Source of the DNA: Haloquadratum walsbyi C23
GTDB taxonomy: Archaea > Halobacteriota > Halobacteria > Halobacteriales > Haloferacaceae
DNA: 32,000 nucleotides
Direction: 5' to 3'
Assembly: GCF_000237865.1 (NCBI RefSeq)
Contig: NC_017457.1
Coordinates: 30,001-62,000, forward strand
Positions 8,731 to 18,392 of this stretch are shown here, one piece after another (the stretch's first letter is position 1; each line of letters starts with the position of its first letter). The translations under genes and the position numbers were made by a program. A model generated the notes under the pieces. The model saw nothing but the letters and a program-made list of their open reading frames with translations. It was not told where the DNA came from and searched no databases.

Positions 8731-8901
8731 ACTTGAGTAAGGAGTTCCTTAGAGAAAGCTTAGCGATATCGCCACGTATACTATCTGACCACTCTTAAGT
8801 AGCTTTCCTCAAATTACGGAATTTATGGAAATATAGATATTCTCTTCACCACAATCATTAGTCAACCTTTACACACGACTGGCATTGTTAATGCAGTTTA
8901 C

Positions 8902-9180
8902 TCAAGTGACATCAGCCTCTCCCTCACCAGTCTCGGTGGATGTATTTTTCAACCACTTAGCATCCATTATTTGATTATCAATCAAGATATGGAGCAGTGC
9001 AATCCTCCCTGCCTTGTTTCCTTTCATCATCTCAAGATACTCGATTGTCTCAGTTGTATGTCGCACCGATCTGTGACCGAACCCCAGCCAAGCTGCCGAG
9101 TGATCGATGAATGCGTGAACACCCTCATCAGTGTATCCCAAGAGCAGTTTATCAGTCGCCATGTGCTCTTCTCGGTTCAC
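8902..9180 (-). CDS. hypothetical protein (92 aa), third gene of the zinc-finger operon
   Basis: Its ATG overlaps the stop of the upstream ORF by 4 nt (ATGA at 9177-9180). His-rich segment FGHRSVRHT. Confidence 0.6.
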   Translation of the reverse strand: MNREEHMATDKLLLGYTDEGVHAFIDHSAAWLGFGHRSVRHTTETIEYLEMMKGNKAGRIALLHILIDNQIMDAKWLKNTSTETGEGEADVT

Positions 9181-9512
9181 CGACGTCCACTCCTTGATTC
9201 TGATTTCGCTGATACTCTTGGCTCGTCTTCCCTCACTTCCTCCGCCAGCTCTGCGGATCGTCCGATTAGGTCTCTAGGGAGTGGACGACCCTCTTCAAGT
9301 AAGTCCCGATACATGTCGAGCCATTCATTCATCATAGATTGTACTTGGTCTCTGGACTGTTCCTGAAGATCATCGTCGTCAATATTTTTTAACACGTTCT
9401 CAGCAGGATTCGTCCGAAGAACTACGTCAAGAGCCATATCGATATTCCGCTGGATTAGTTGATTCCTATCGAATGAATCTTTCAGTTCCTCTCGAGGTGG
9501 TCGGTTGCTCAT
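9177..9512 (-). CDS. acidic hypothetical protein (111 aa from the internal ATG; the ORF extends to 9626)
   Basis: The ATG at 9512 forms an ATGA overlap with the stop of the 9509-9796 ORF. I prefer this coupled start over the longer out-of-frame overlap. Confidence 0.55.
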   Translation of the reverse strand: MSNRPPREELKDSFDRNQLIQRNIDMALDVVLRTNPAENVLKNIDDDDLQEQSRDQVQSMMNEWLDMYRDLLEEGRPLPRDLIGRSAELAEEVREDEPRVSAKSESRSGRR

Positions 9513-9796
9513 CGGAGAGTCTCCTTGACCTGCTGATCCAGATCGTTCAGGTGTTGCTTGATCTTTCGATTCCGCTCGTTCCTCTGCCGGGATATCTTTG
9601 TCCTGTGGGTTTCCATTTGGTTCCATTTTTGACCCTCTATTGCTGTCGAATCCACACTTGGTTGATCATCATTCTTAGCTACTCGTGCGACCATTGAAAC
9701 TAGCTCATTTTTTTCATGTGATCGAAGATGCGGGTGAATTCCGCTTGGTTTGAATTCTTCGCTACATATGGGACAATTTGGCATACGTGCAAGCAT
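9509..9796 (-). CDS. small C2H2-type zinc-finger protein
   Basis: The CPICSEEFKPSGIHPHLRSH motif is CxxC...HxxxxH. The C-terminal half is basic. A TATA-like ttataata lies about 22-30 nt upstream. Alternative start at 9784. Confidence 0.65.
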   Translation of the reverse strand: MLARMPNCPICSEEFKPSGIHPHLRSHEKNELVSMVARVAKNDDQPSVDSTAIEGQKWNQMETHRTKISRQRNERNRKIKQHLNDLDQQVKETLR

Positions 9797-10055
9797 TCTG
9801 TCATCTTAAAAGCATCATATTATAATTTTCGGTGATTTAACAGACTCATATCAGTCAGCCTCTAGTAATCGAGTATCTCATACAATAGAAGGTAACATGA
9901 CCTCACAGTCATGATTGCTTTGCGAATTCTTCCAATGGAGCCAGTATGAGGATATTACTGGCATGATCACTAACATCATCTACGTTCTCGAAAGAGCCGA
10001 CTCATTCCACAATAGAAGTAATAATATTACTGATTGCTGCTCGCATCGTTGCTGG

Positions 10056-10101
10056 CTTATGTAATGAATTGCTTATATTTTGTCTCATCGTTACATGAAG
10101 C
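10056..10101. repeat. hairpin family member 2 (cttatgtaa-N26-ttacatgaag)
   Basis: Same arms as 3729-3777, with one extra base in the right arm. It occupies the same position upstream of repeat copy 2. Confidence 0.7.
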
Positions 10102-10140
10102 TAATTGAGAGTTATTGGTGTGAATTAAAGAACTAAGCTT

Positions 10141-10600
10141 TGAGTAACAACAGCAATATCGTCTTGTAACCAAGCGTCTATTCAGCGAGTAATTTCCATC
10201 AGCTGTTGAGATTGTCAGTCAACTGTATTATCTTATCTCTATTCGATACATTGCTGTGGTGACAGAATATATTTATACTCTCTTTGCAAGATATACATAT
10301 TCACATGTACCAAACTAGTGATCCCATACTAACACTGTTGTTAGTGGACAAATAGATGTCTCTGTTAGTGAACACCGAAAAAGACGCAATTACACCCTCT
10401 CAACGAAAGTAAAGTTGTATAGGAGTAAAGTATAATTGTATTAATAAGTTTGGTTAGATCATAGTATACCTTTTCTAACGTTATTTTTACTTACTCTCTT
10501 ACATACATACCCAATTCGCCACTAACAACACTGTTAGTGGTAGTACATCATTTTATAATTGAGTTAATAAGGTAGAATTGTGTATCTAGACACCTCTGTA
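10141..10600 (+). repeat. ~450-bp non-coding repeat, copy 2
   Basis: Collinear with 3795-4245. Palindromes at 10328-10345 and 10519-10540. Confidence 0.9.
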
Positions 10601-10612
10601 TATCGATGAATA

Positions 10613-10631
10613 CTCCTCGTGTGCGATATGA
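10613..10631 (+). promoter_or_regulatory. degenerate ORB-like box (ctcctcgtgtgcgatatga)
   Basis: Keeps gtgtgcgatatga, but the C-string is interrupted. Lies 47 bp upstream of the 10678 CDS. Confidence 0.4.
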
Positions 10632-10677
10632 GTTATTTAGGAGAATTGACTTATAGCTGATAAGATATTACTAAATT

Positions 10678-11745
10678 ATGATATTAAGTATAGAAAAAAG
10701 TGGAAAACTAGATGATAGTCTTGAGACGACAAAGCTCTCTGATCTGAATTTTACTGAACCGGAGAATCTTCAGGAGTGGATAATTGAGAGACCAGCTATC
10801 TTAGGTGAGGAACTACTTGTAATCACATCAGAGTATGCTGGATTCCAAGATACACTTGATAGGTTAGATATCCTCGCTATTGATACAGATGGAAAATTAG
10901 TTGTCGTTGAACTCAAACGGGACCGTGCTGATCAAACAACCGACCTCCAAGCAATCAAATACGCAAGCTACTGCGCCACTTTAACTGCAAAAGAAGTGCA
11001 GAAAGAATATCGCTCGTTTTGGACTGGACGAGATGGTGCAGAGATTGCGTCTGAGATCGAAACCGAAGATGTCAGTCAACAGTTCGCAGATTTCTTAACT
11101 GAGTTCGAGGGAGACCCGCCTATTACCGATGAAGGGTGGGTCGACTTTGAGCTTAGTGAGAGACCACGTATCATACTCGCCGCTGGGAGCTTTAGCACTG
11201 AAATTACGTCTCCAGTATTATGGTTGACCAACGAATATGGAATGGACGTTACTTGTATAAAAATCGAGGCTTATGAGCATCAGGAGCATGTGATTCTAAA
11301 CTCTCAACAGATTATTCCTATTCCTGAAGCTGAGGAGTATATGACCAGACGTCGTGAAAAGCGGGAGAAACAGCGAGAGTCCTCATCAGTCCGGACAATT
11401 GAACTACTTCTTAGAGAAAATGTGCTCTCTAAAGGTGATGAGGTCTACTTTAATTCTGACAAGGCACCGTCTGACCCCGACCCCGAGTGGTCTAGTTCCG
11501 ATGAATTTTGGCGAGCAGAAATTACTGGGGAACGAGGTCAAAGTAACAATGTGAAGTGGCGTGGGAAAGAATACTCATTCACCGGACTCACGAAGGAAGT
11601 GTTGTACCAATCAAATGACCGAGACAAAACTAACTCACTCAACGGCTACAAGTACTGGAAGTCTCCCGATTCTGATAACCGAACGCTAAGACAGCTCCGT
11701 GATCGTGAGGTAGGTGGTTCGGATCTAGGCGATCAAGATGAATAA
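10678..11745 (+). CDS. NucS/DUF91-like PD-(D/E)xK nuclease with C-terminal RAMA-like domain
   Basis: RLDILAIDTDGKLVVVELKRDRADQTTDLQAIKY matches the D...ExK...Q..Y core of NucS-type nucleases. The C-terminus FWRAEITGERGQSNNVKWRGKEYSFTGLTKEV...LNGYKYWK...LRQLRD resembles the RAMA domain found in restriction and methylase-associated proteins. Confidence 0.8.
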   Translation: MILSIEKSGKLDDSLETTKLSDLNFTEPENLQEWIIERPAILGEELLVITSEYAGFQDTLDRLDILAIDTDGKLVVVELKRDRADQTTDLQAIKYASYCATLTAKEVQKEYRSFWTGRDGAEIASEIETEDVSQQFADFLTEFEGDPPITDEGWVDFELSERPRIILAAGSFSTEITSPVLWLTNEYGMDVTCIKIEAYEHQEHVILNSQQIIPIPEAEEYMTRRREKREKQRESSSVRTIELLLRENVLSKGDEVYFNSDKAPSDPDPEWSSSDEFWRAEITGERGQSNNVKWRGKEYSFTGLTKEVLYQSNDRDKTNSLNGYKYWKSPDSDNRTLRQLRDREVGGSDLGDQDE

Positions 11746-11805
11746 CGAGTTTTCTCTGAGATGCTACTCACACGGACAATCGGAGCCAATCAAATTTGTG
11801 AGTTG

Positions 11806-11870
11806 AAATTCCGCAAAGAGATAGTTAAGAGCAGGTCTTTCATACCATATCCAGTATCACTCTCTGAGTT
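11806..11870 (+). repeat. degenerate third copy of the 5' half of the 140-bp repeat
   Basis: aaattccgcaaagagatagttaag...cataccatatccagta...ctgagtt compared with taatattccgtaaggagatactcag...catcatacccggcagtactgagta. No ORB box follows it. Confidence 0.4.
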
Positions 11871-11897
11871 CTGTTTTAACCAAGACGGGGTTTTAAC

Positions 11898-12356
11898 ATG
11901 TTAATGACCACATTAGCACTTATGCAGCCATTCACCCTCACACGGGTACTATGCCGAACCGATCTCATGCGTGGTCAAATCACACTACTGAAAATATTAT
12001 ATGAACGGGATGAACCATTCAACCGAACAGAACTGGCGGCGAAACTTCGAGGGGAAATACATCAGAATCCGGAACGAAGTCTCACAGGGGTTCTAGGAGC
12101 CTTTGGCAAGCGCATTAACGAGACTGAAGAAGTACCGGGGAATCCTGGTATCAGCGCTTTCATTAAACGTGAACGAATCGACGGTGAAACGCATTACATA
12201 TTGCGATCAGAAGCACAGAAAGCTGTTGAAAACGTTCCTGTCCTGATGGAGAGATTCGATGAACCATGGCAGAGTCTGCTTGAGTCGGGTACCCGAATCG
12301 AGGCTGTGGACCTCGTTCCGAGGGTTGACGAGCAGAGTATACTATCAGATTCTTAA
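11898..12356 (+). CDS. hypothetical protein, possible wHTH; likely true start at ATG 11967
   Basis: ITLLKILYERDEPFNRTELAAKL...SLTGVLGAFGKRINETE. Paralogous to the next ORF. Confidence 0.6.
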   Translation: MLMTTLALMQPFTLTRVLCRTDLMRGQITLLKILYERDEPFNRTELAAKLRGEIHQNPERSLTGVLGAFGKRINETEEVPGNPGISAFIKRERIDGETHYILRSEAQKAVENVPVLMERFDEPWQSLLESGTRIEAVDLVPRVDEQSILSDS

Positions 12357-12522
12357 ATTTCGGTTATCTGCTGCGTCAGCTTCGATAGATTCGTACTTCT
12401 TGATATTAATCTGAGTTGTTACATTGCATAATGTGACTACATATCAACATCATAAAATTCTGCATTCAACACGAGGCAAAGTGCCATTATACTTTTATTA
12501 AAAGATGAAAAATTAGAATAAC

Positions 12523-12861
12523 ATGACGCAAATAGATAATCAAGGAACTCTCAGTGAAACATTTTTTCAGGATTTGACACAACGGCAGGAGGCTTTGTTT
12601 GGTGTGCTAGCAGATTCCGGTGAATGGGTCCTTGGACCAGAACTTCGTAAGCGAATGAGAGATAGACACAATGTTCCGATGGATGAGAGTGGACAAGCTC
12701 TTGCTGGAGTTATCTCTGGTATCACTCAAAAATACAGTGAGAGTGAGAGAGACGCCCTGCTACAGAGAAGATGGGCAGAAACAGATGTTGAATTTCGTAT
12801 CGGAGAGTATCGAATTCAGGAGGCACACAGAGATCAGATCCGTGACCGTCTCAGTAAGTAG
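12523..12861 (+). CDS. hypothetical protein, paralogue of 11898-12356
   Basis: LTQRQEALFGVLADSGEWVLGPELRKRM...ALAGVISGITQKYSESE follows the same pattern as the upstream ORF. Confidence 0.6.
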   Translation: MTQIDNQGTLSETFFQDLTQRQEALFGVLADSGEWVLGPELRKRMRDRHNVPMDESGQALAGVISGITQKYSESERDALLQRRWAETDVEFRIGEYRIQEAHRDQIRDRLSK

Positions 12862-13622
12862 AGTAGCATTGACTGTGGATTTGAGTATTTACCAGAACAC
12901 ACGCTCAAAGAAACCGTCGATCAAGATATGGTCAAATTTAGATCGTTATTCCATTCGGGCAGATACTTTTCACCGATAACATGACTTCAGAGAAGTAGCC
13001 CGTCAGGAGTTTAATTTAGACTTCGCAGCTAGAGGTTGGGACTCTTATATAAATATATTCTCACAATCCTATCTAACTATTATATAAGGCTAATTGAGAG
13101 ACATCAGTGAGTTGAATAGAGGAGTAGTAATTGTTGAACAGTTATATCGGCTCAAGGACGCATAGATTGCAGATATATTCTCGATGCTGATACTATACGT
13201 GCAGGAGCAATATTGCTACTCACATTAATCTAGAACCGTTCTTGATTCAATATGCTTTCTGCTGGTTCCCAAGACACACTGGACATGATACTGATAGGCA
13301 TGAACTATGAGATAGTTTCTATCAACTAAGACTCCATCTTTCGTGAGAATAACCCATCTATGTACTACGCCGTGAGGTGCGTCTGGTTTCGATTAGCAGT
13401 ATGTGCTGAGAAATAAAGAACAAATAAAAATTACCGTGTGTATCCAAACAAATCTATACCTGACAACTTTCTCAATGTTTCCTGACAGTGATACCATCCC
13501 CATAATGACAGTATTAATTCTACCTGCTAGATTATCTGCGATTACAGCCACAGTGTGCTTGTCAATGTATCCTGCTGGGTCGATAGGAGACTTTACTGGA
13601 GCAATTCATGCTCACGTCAATA

Positions 13623-13675
13623 GAGCCTTATGTAATTAATTGCCCCGTATGTTATTCATATGTTACATAAGGCTC
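13623..13675. repeat. hairpin family member 3 (gagccttatgtaa-N27-ttacataaggctc), solo
   Basis: Perfect 13-bp arms. The outer arm bases differ from member 1 but stay complementary. Confidence 0.8.
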
Positions 13676-14334
13676 AACAGAAAATAACTCGCTGACTGGT
13701 CAGCACTCATATCGGGAGAGATAGTCCAAAAATTGCGTATATTAAAAAGGTGAATGTGTGATCCGATAGGATCCAAGTCGTTGACTCGAAGCTAATCAAT
13801 GATATGGATATATCTGGATCAGATGAGCAGCGTGTCATGTCTGAGATACACGATCTACCGCTTTGTGTTTCAACAAACCAATTCGGATCCAGGAGAGTCT
13901 CCATAGATATGTTAGTGCTAAATGACACTGAGCGGACACAAGAATAATTAATTGAGCACCTCTCGACAGTTGGATGTAAATTCGAAGTGCCGCCAGATCA
14001 AAAATAAATTACACTAATAGGATCAGGAGCCGATTGGAGTGACTGATCGTTAACATTCAGTAAGTGTTTATGAGATATAATAAGAGAATAGATGAAATCA
14101 ATTATTCTCTTCGTATGCTCGAAGGGGAGAATCTTATCGGACCATCCAGTCAAGATGCAACCACAACTTGAAAAACGGACAAATTTATTGCGGAAGTGAA
14201 TACTAAAATTGATTAGATTGAGAACATGCTCATTGAATGTAAATTGGAGAGTTAGTGAACAGTAAATACCAGTAACAAAGGTTGAGACTAGCTTTACTGA
14301 CCGATGAGTGCTCCGTACGTGGGAAACTTAACTC

Positions 14335-14640
14335 GATTATAGAATAAGGTAGTCCCACTAACACTGTTGTTAGTGGCGAATTAGGTGTGTATGTAAGAAA
14401 GTAAGTAAATATAACGTTAGAAAAGGTAGTCTATGATCTAACTGAACTATACTAATACAACTACACTTTACTTCTACACAACTTTACTTTCGTTGAGAGG
14501 GTGTAATTGCGTCTTTTTCGATGCTCACTAACACCAATACCAATTTGGGCACTAACAACAGTGTTAGTGCGAGTTACTAGTTCAGTAAATGTAACTATAT
14601 CTATCTTACTTACAAAGTATAAATATTTTCCGTCGATATG
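14335..14640 (-). repeat. ~300-bp non-coding repeat, copy 3 (inverted)
   Basis: Reverse complement of the copy 1 core and its flanks. Palindromes at 14355-14376 and 14549-14570. A partial hairpin half (ttacataaag) lies at about 14719-14728. Confidence 0.9.
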
Positions 14641-15064
14641 ATGAAGATTTTCAACTATACATGTCGTTCCTAATCTGCTGAAGTTTGTTTAATGAGTTGT
14701 ATCTATTTCGTCTAATTATTACATAAAGTATAATTAGCTTTCATGTTCCAAATAGGAGAATGATTCCGAACCCGAGTGTAAATATCGGTATTGGGATTTG
14801 AGACGAGTGCAGCTGTTCATGATTTGAGCAATTGAGGGCGTGATCATGGTCACGACGAGGATACTGTTGTATCACGAAAGGAACAGTCCGGCATGAGTTG
14901 AGATCTTTTCAGCAATCAACATGCCCTCGGGAAACTACTCCTGTTGCTCAGAGAGATGAGTTCCTGTTTCAAAATCAAATTAAACAACTACTGAACTTAG
15001 ATCATATTCTCTGTCCTGATCGATTCCATGTGCTGAGAAATTCATTAGAATTACCAGAAAATAA

Positions 15065-15598
15065 TCATTCATACTCGTTGATATATTCCTCGACATTGAT
15101 GTCAAACTCTGCTTCAAGACTCCGCCGCAGTCCATAGATATACGGACGCACATGATGATACATGTTCTGCTGGAGTTGGTCTATTTCATTACTTTCATCG
15201 CTTTTTATTATGTTCTCTTGACCACGACCACGGTCATCAGCGTCTGTGTTCATCTTTGCATTGGTGATAGCATTGAGTCGGCTCGTTAATTGATCGAGTT
15301 GTTCTTCGATGTGAGTAAATCTGGATTCAACGTCTGGGTGAATCGGCTCTGGAATTTCACCATCGATATCTATGTCTTCGCCTTTGGGAGTCAGCACTGC
15401 TTTGTTGACTCTTTTGCCACCACGTGTCTGTTGAGATTTCTCTACATCTATTAGATTGAGTTTAGAAAGTTTTGAATATCGATATGTGATGTCATTGTTA
15501 CTCAATCCGGTGATATATCTGATCTGTGTAGTCGTTGCCTCGCCGTATCGCTTGATTGCTTCCAGCATCTTCTTCGATTTGTGATCTAAATGTTTCAT
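15065..15598 (-). CDS. winged-helix DNA-binding protein with C-terminal coiled-coil region
   Basis: LEAIKRYGEATTTQIRYITGLSNNDITYRYSKLSKLNLIDV...GGKRVNKAVLTPKG is a MarR/ArsR-like wHTH pattern. It is followed by a helical acidic tail. Confidence 0.7.
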   Translation of the reverse strand: MKHLDHKSKKMLEAIKRYGEATTTQIRYITGLSNNDITYRYSKLSKLNLIDVEKSQQTRGGKRVNKAVLTPKGEDIDIDGEIPEPIHPDVESRFTHIEEQLDQLTSRLNAITNAKMNTDADDRGRGQENIIKSDESNEIDQLQQNMYHHVRPYIYGLRRSLEAEFDINVEEYINEYE

Positions 15599-15987
15599 AA
15601 CTAATACTTCGAACGCATTTCCTATTGCTTTTCTTATTGTGAGTGACTCAGGAGATAATTTTTAAGACCAGATTTAGAAAGATTCAGTTTTGTTGTCCGA
15701 CTACCGACGGAAAAACAGTAGTTTCCGTCCTCTTTTGACTACTAGCGAGCCCCGTAATATCTGTCTGCACTTCACAACCTCATAGCACATAGATATCAAC
15801 CAAAATAATCATCGTAACAAAAGATATCTCTGTGATATGTTTAATTCATCTTCCACAAGAACAGCATAATACTCCTCTAGTAAATTCTATCTTAACTTCA
15901 ACGCAGCTATATGAAGACCTGATGAGTAACCTACCATCATAACTTGTGGTGTGTACATTGCCATCAAATGAGAATCACTCTTGACTA

Positions 15988-16242
15988 TCACTGCTCCCAA
16001 TGAAGAAGATACAGAAGATAGACACTTGCACCAACAATAGTAGCACCAACCACAATCAAAACTAAGCTGGCTAAATCACTTATATGAAAAGCGAGTTGAA
16101 CTGTCTGAAGACCAACAAGAATGGTAAATACCGCTATTATCGTCCAAAATACAGTTGAGATAATTGATACCCCTGCTTCATGCACCCCTTCCCTTACAGC
16201 ACGACGAATATCAGGCTCAGTGAGGTCATCAGACTCACTCAT
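15988..16242 (-). CDS. small membrane protein (2 TM)
   Basis: Acidic N-terminus, then two hydrophobic helices (VSIISTVFWTIIAVFTILVGL and LASLVLIVVGATIVGASVYLLYLL). Confidence 0.6.
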   Translation of the reverse strand: MSESDDLTEPDIRRAVREGVHEAGVSIISTVFWTIIAVFTILVGLQTVQLAFHISDLASLVLIVVGATIVGASVYLLYLLHWEQ

Positions 16243-16396
16243 GAATTATTCTGATGTATGAATTCTCCCCGCCTGTAATTAAAATGAATGATCATCGTCT
16301 GGCGTAGAATATCCTCTACGATACTCCCACAATTCAAAATAGTTTTCAATACAAAGTGTCGATAATTATATATAAGATAAATTATACTATACTAGT

Positions 16397-16651
16397 ATGA
16401 CGACTGATCCAGATGAATATAGTCTCGATCCACATGATCTTGCCCCAGAATCAATCGCTAAACGTGTGCTAGAAAATAACGACTACAGGTGCGCATTCAA
16501 CCAGGTAAAGATACATCCAGAAGATGCGATGGTTGTCTATCGAACTCCAGCAATCCGACGTGATGAAGACGAGTATTCAGTCGAGCAACTACAGAAAATG
16601 TCTGATGAGGAATTGGATGAAATATTTTATGTAATTCTTGGAGGGGCTTAA
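16397..16651 (+). CDS. small acidic hypothetical protein (84 aa)
   Basis: ATG start, D/E-rich. An AT-rich promoter-like region lies immediately upstream. Confidence 0.55.
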   Translation: MTTDPDEYSLDPHDLAPESIAKRVLENNDYRCAFNQVKIHPEDAMVVYRTPAIRRDEDEYSVEQLQKMSDEELDEIFYVILGGA

Positions 16652-17197
16652 TCACTCCCTCTCAATTATTTTCCTTATTTCTCATAAAACTTAGAATCTA
16701 GAGGTATGCGTGATCCAACTCACACAGAGCTAATATAAGATCAAATCCTGAATTTCTCTAGGAAATCTGATTCAACGACGAAGCTCCTTGGTTCAATTAA
16801 GATACTTAATGAGTGTATATCACGAAATTTTCTTTTTCCGAATGAGTGTTCCTCTCGAAAATATTTGTCTAACATAATAGATCTCAGGCAACTTTTTTAT
16901 TAACATCGTTATTAAAAAACGATGGCAAATTACATCCAGCTGACAATTATTATTAAATTTGGATAGCACCCAAGATAGTGCAATCAAATAACTCAAGCAG
17001 GTAAGCAGGTAAGCAGCTGCACGAGGGCTGAATATAAGTAGAGCAATAATAAGCAATTCAACACAAGACAGATCAAAAGTATATGATGATTAAGCTTTGA
17101 TTTATGCAGTAACCACTCAAATAATAAATTGTGAAGCGTAATCGTATGACAGTTGGATACCAACTGACCACAGGAATCAGAAAAATAATGGAATAAT

Positions 17198-17350
17198 ACG
17201 ACTGTTGAATACGAACCAACTGAAGAGACTGAGAAAATACTACAAAAAATAGACGAAGGATGGACTGAAGAAAGAAGTGAGATTATTACAGACATATTAG
17301 AGTATTTTCATTTAAATTATACTGAATGGAAAAACGCAGATAGACGTTGA
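17198..17350 (+). pseudogene. start-less acidic coding remnant (...EGWTEERSEIITDILEYFHLNYTEWKNADRR*)
   Basis: Open frame with no start codon. It shares the motif ITDxxEYxxxY with a second remnant at 18023-18163. Confidence 0.3.
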
Positions 17351-17606
17351 GAATTATTCCATTTTATCTTTGATGACGATCGTGATAATGAGTGAGAACC
17401 TTACAAAAGTTGTTGAGATATTCCAAACTAGATAATTAGTTGAGAGGCTAAAATTAGCAAATTTTTATTAGAGCCATACCAATCCACATCGTTACAACTT
17501 TTTCAGCTAGTCTGATCTGAGAGCCCATATTCGTAAAAAGAGAACAAGAAAGGAAGAATATAATTAGTGAGAGGCTTACGAAAGTCTTGAAAGTATAAGA
17601 TCGAAT

Positions 17607-18010
17607 AATATTTTTTTTCGTCTCTATATACACAGAGGGTGTGAGTGTTCCCTCCAGATTTCTAAAACATTAAAAACAGACGTCTCAGCCAATTTTAAAA
17701 ATTTACATATTGAAAATATTACTTCCTACTACTACTACTACTACTACTATACTACTAATTATATACTAAACTACTTACTACTACTAAATAAGTTGTTACG
17801 TTTGTGATCTAATATGTAAGGTCAAAATATGGCTGCAGATTCTCAGTGAAATAATTCGTTTTTCAGTCTAAATTATTAGTTTTGCATGAATCCCTTTATC
17901 TGTATTCTGTGCGACTCTCATATGGTAGTACCGTAAGAATCTTATAATTTAGTAAGCTCTCAGTTCAGAGAGTTATACCCTCCCCACATATAGAGACGTA
18001 AAAAAATATT
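17607..18010. mobile_element. MITE-like ~400-bp element with ~35-bp terminal inverted repeats
   Basis: The left end is aatattttttttcgtctctatatacacagagggtg (17607-17641). The reverse complement of the right end (17976-18010) is aatatttttttacgtctctatatgtggggagggta. There is no ORF inside. Confidence 0.5.
17727..17747. repeat. (TAC)7 microsatellite with degenerate TAC-rich extension to about 17790
   Basis: Direct reading gives tac x7, then tatactactaatt...ctacttactactactaaat. Confidence 0.9.
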
Positions 18011-18022
18011 TTGAACAGTTGA

Positions 18023-18163
18023 AATCTTCACCTGAGATTAGAGCAAAATATTACTGATGCATTCGAATACGAAATACGATATTCTAACTTTATTATATCA
18101 TCCAACACAGAAACTGCTCAAATTGTTGAGCGATATTATTCTGACATGCTTGAATTAGAGTGA
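18023..18163 (+). pseudogene. start-less coding remnant (...EQNITDAFEYEIRYSNFIISSNTETAQIVERYYSDMLELE*)
   Basis: Open frame with no start codon. Related to the 17198-17350 remnant. Confidence 0.3.
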
Positions 18164-18392
18164 TACTTTTCTAAAACTTACAATCGAATCAAATTCAATT
18201 GCTATTGTATGCATAAAAATAACCTGAAATTCATAGAATTTAAATTCAATAGCGAATTTATTGTTATAACAAAGAAGCGAGTAAACCCGGAAATTAAGCT
18301 CCGAATATGTGAATTTGGGAGTGTGATTTAATTTGCAGAATATTGTGGATTAGTTCTTACTAAATAACTATTTTATACAAAATGCCGATATA

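Noticed and set aside
13403-13928. ORFs 13403-13639 (+) and 13707-13928 (-)
   Set aside because: Non-acidic, low-complexity products with no motifs. The first ends immediately before hairpin family member 3.
16820-17295. Minus-strand ORFs 16820-17056 and 16993-17295 (Leu/Ser/Ile-rich)
   Set aside because: These are low-complexity translations of AT-rich sequence that overlap each other. The plus strand shows a more protein-like, though start-less, remnant.
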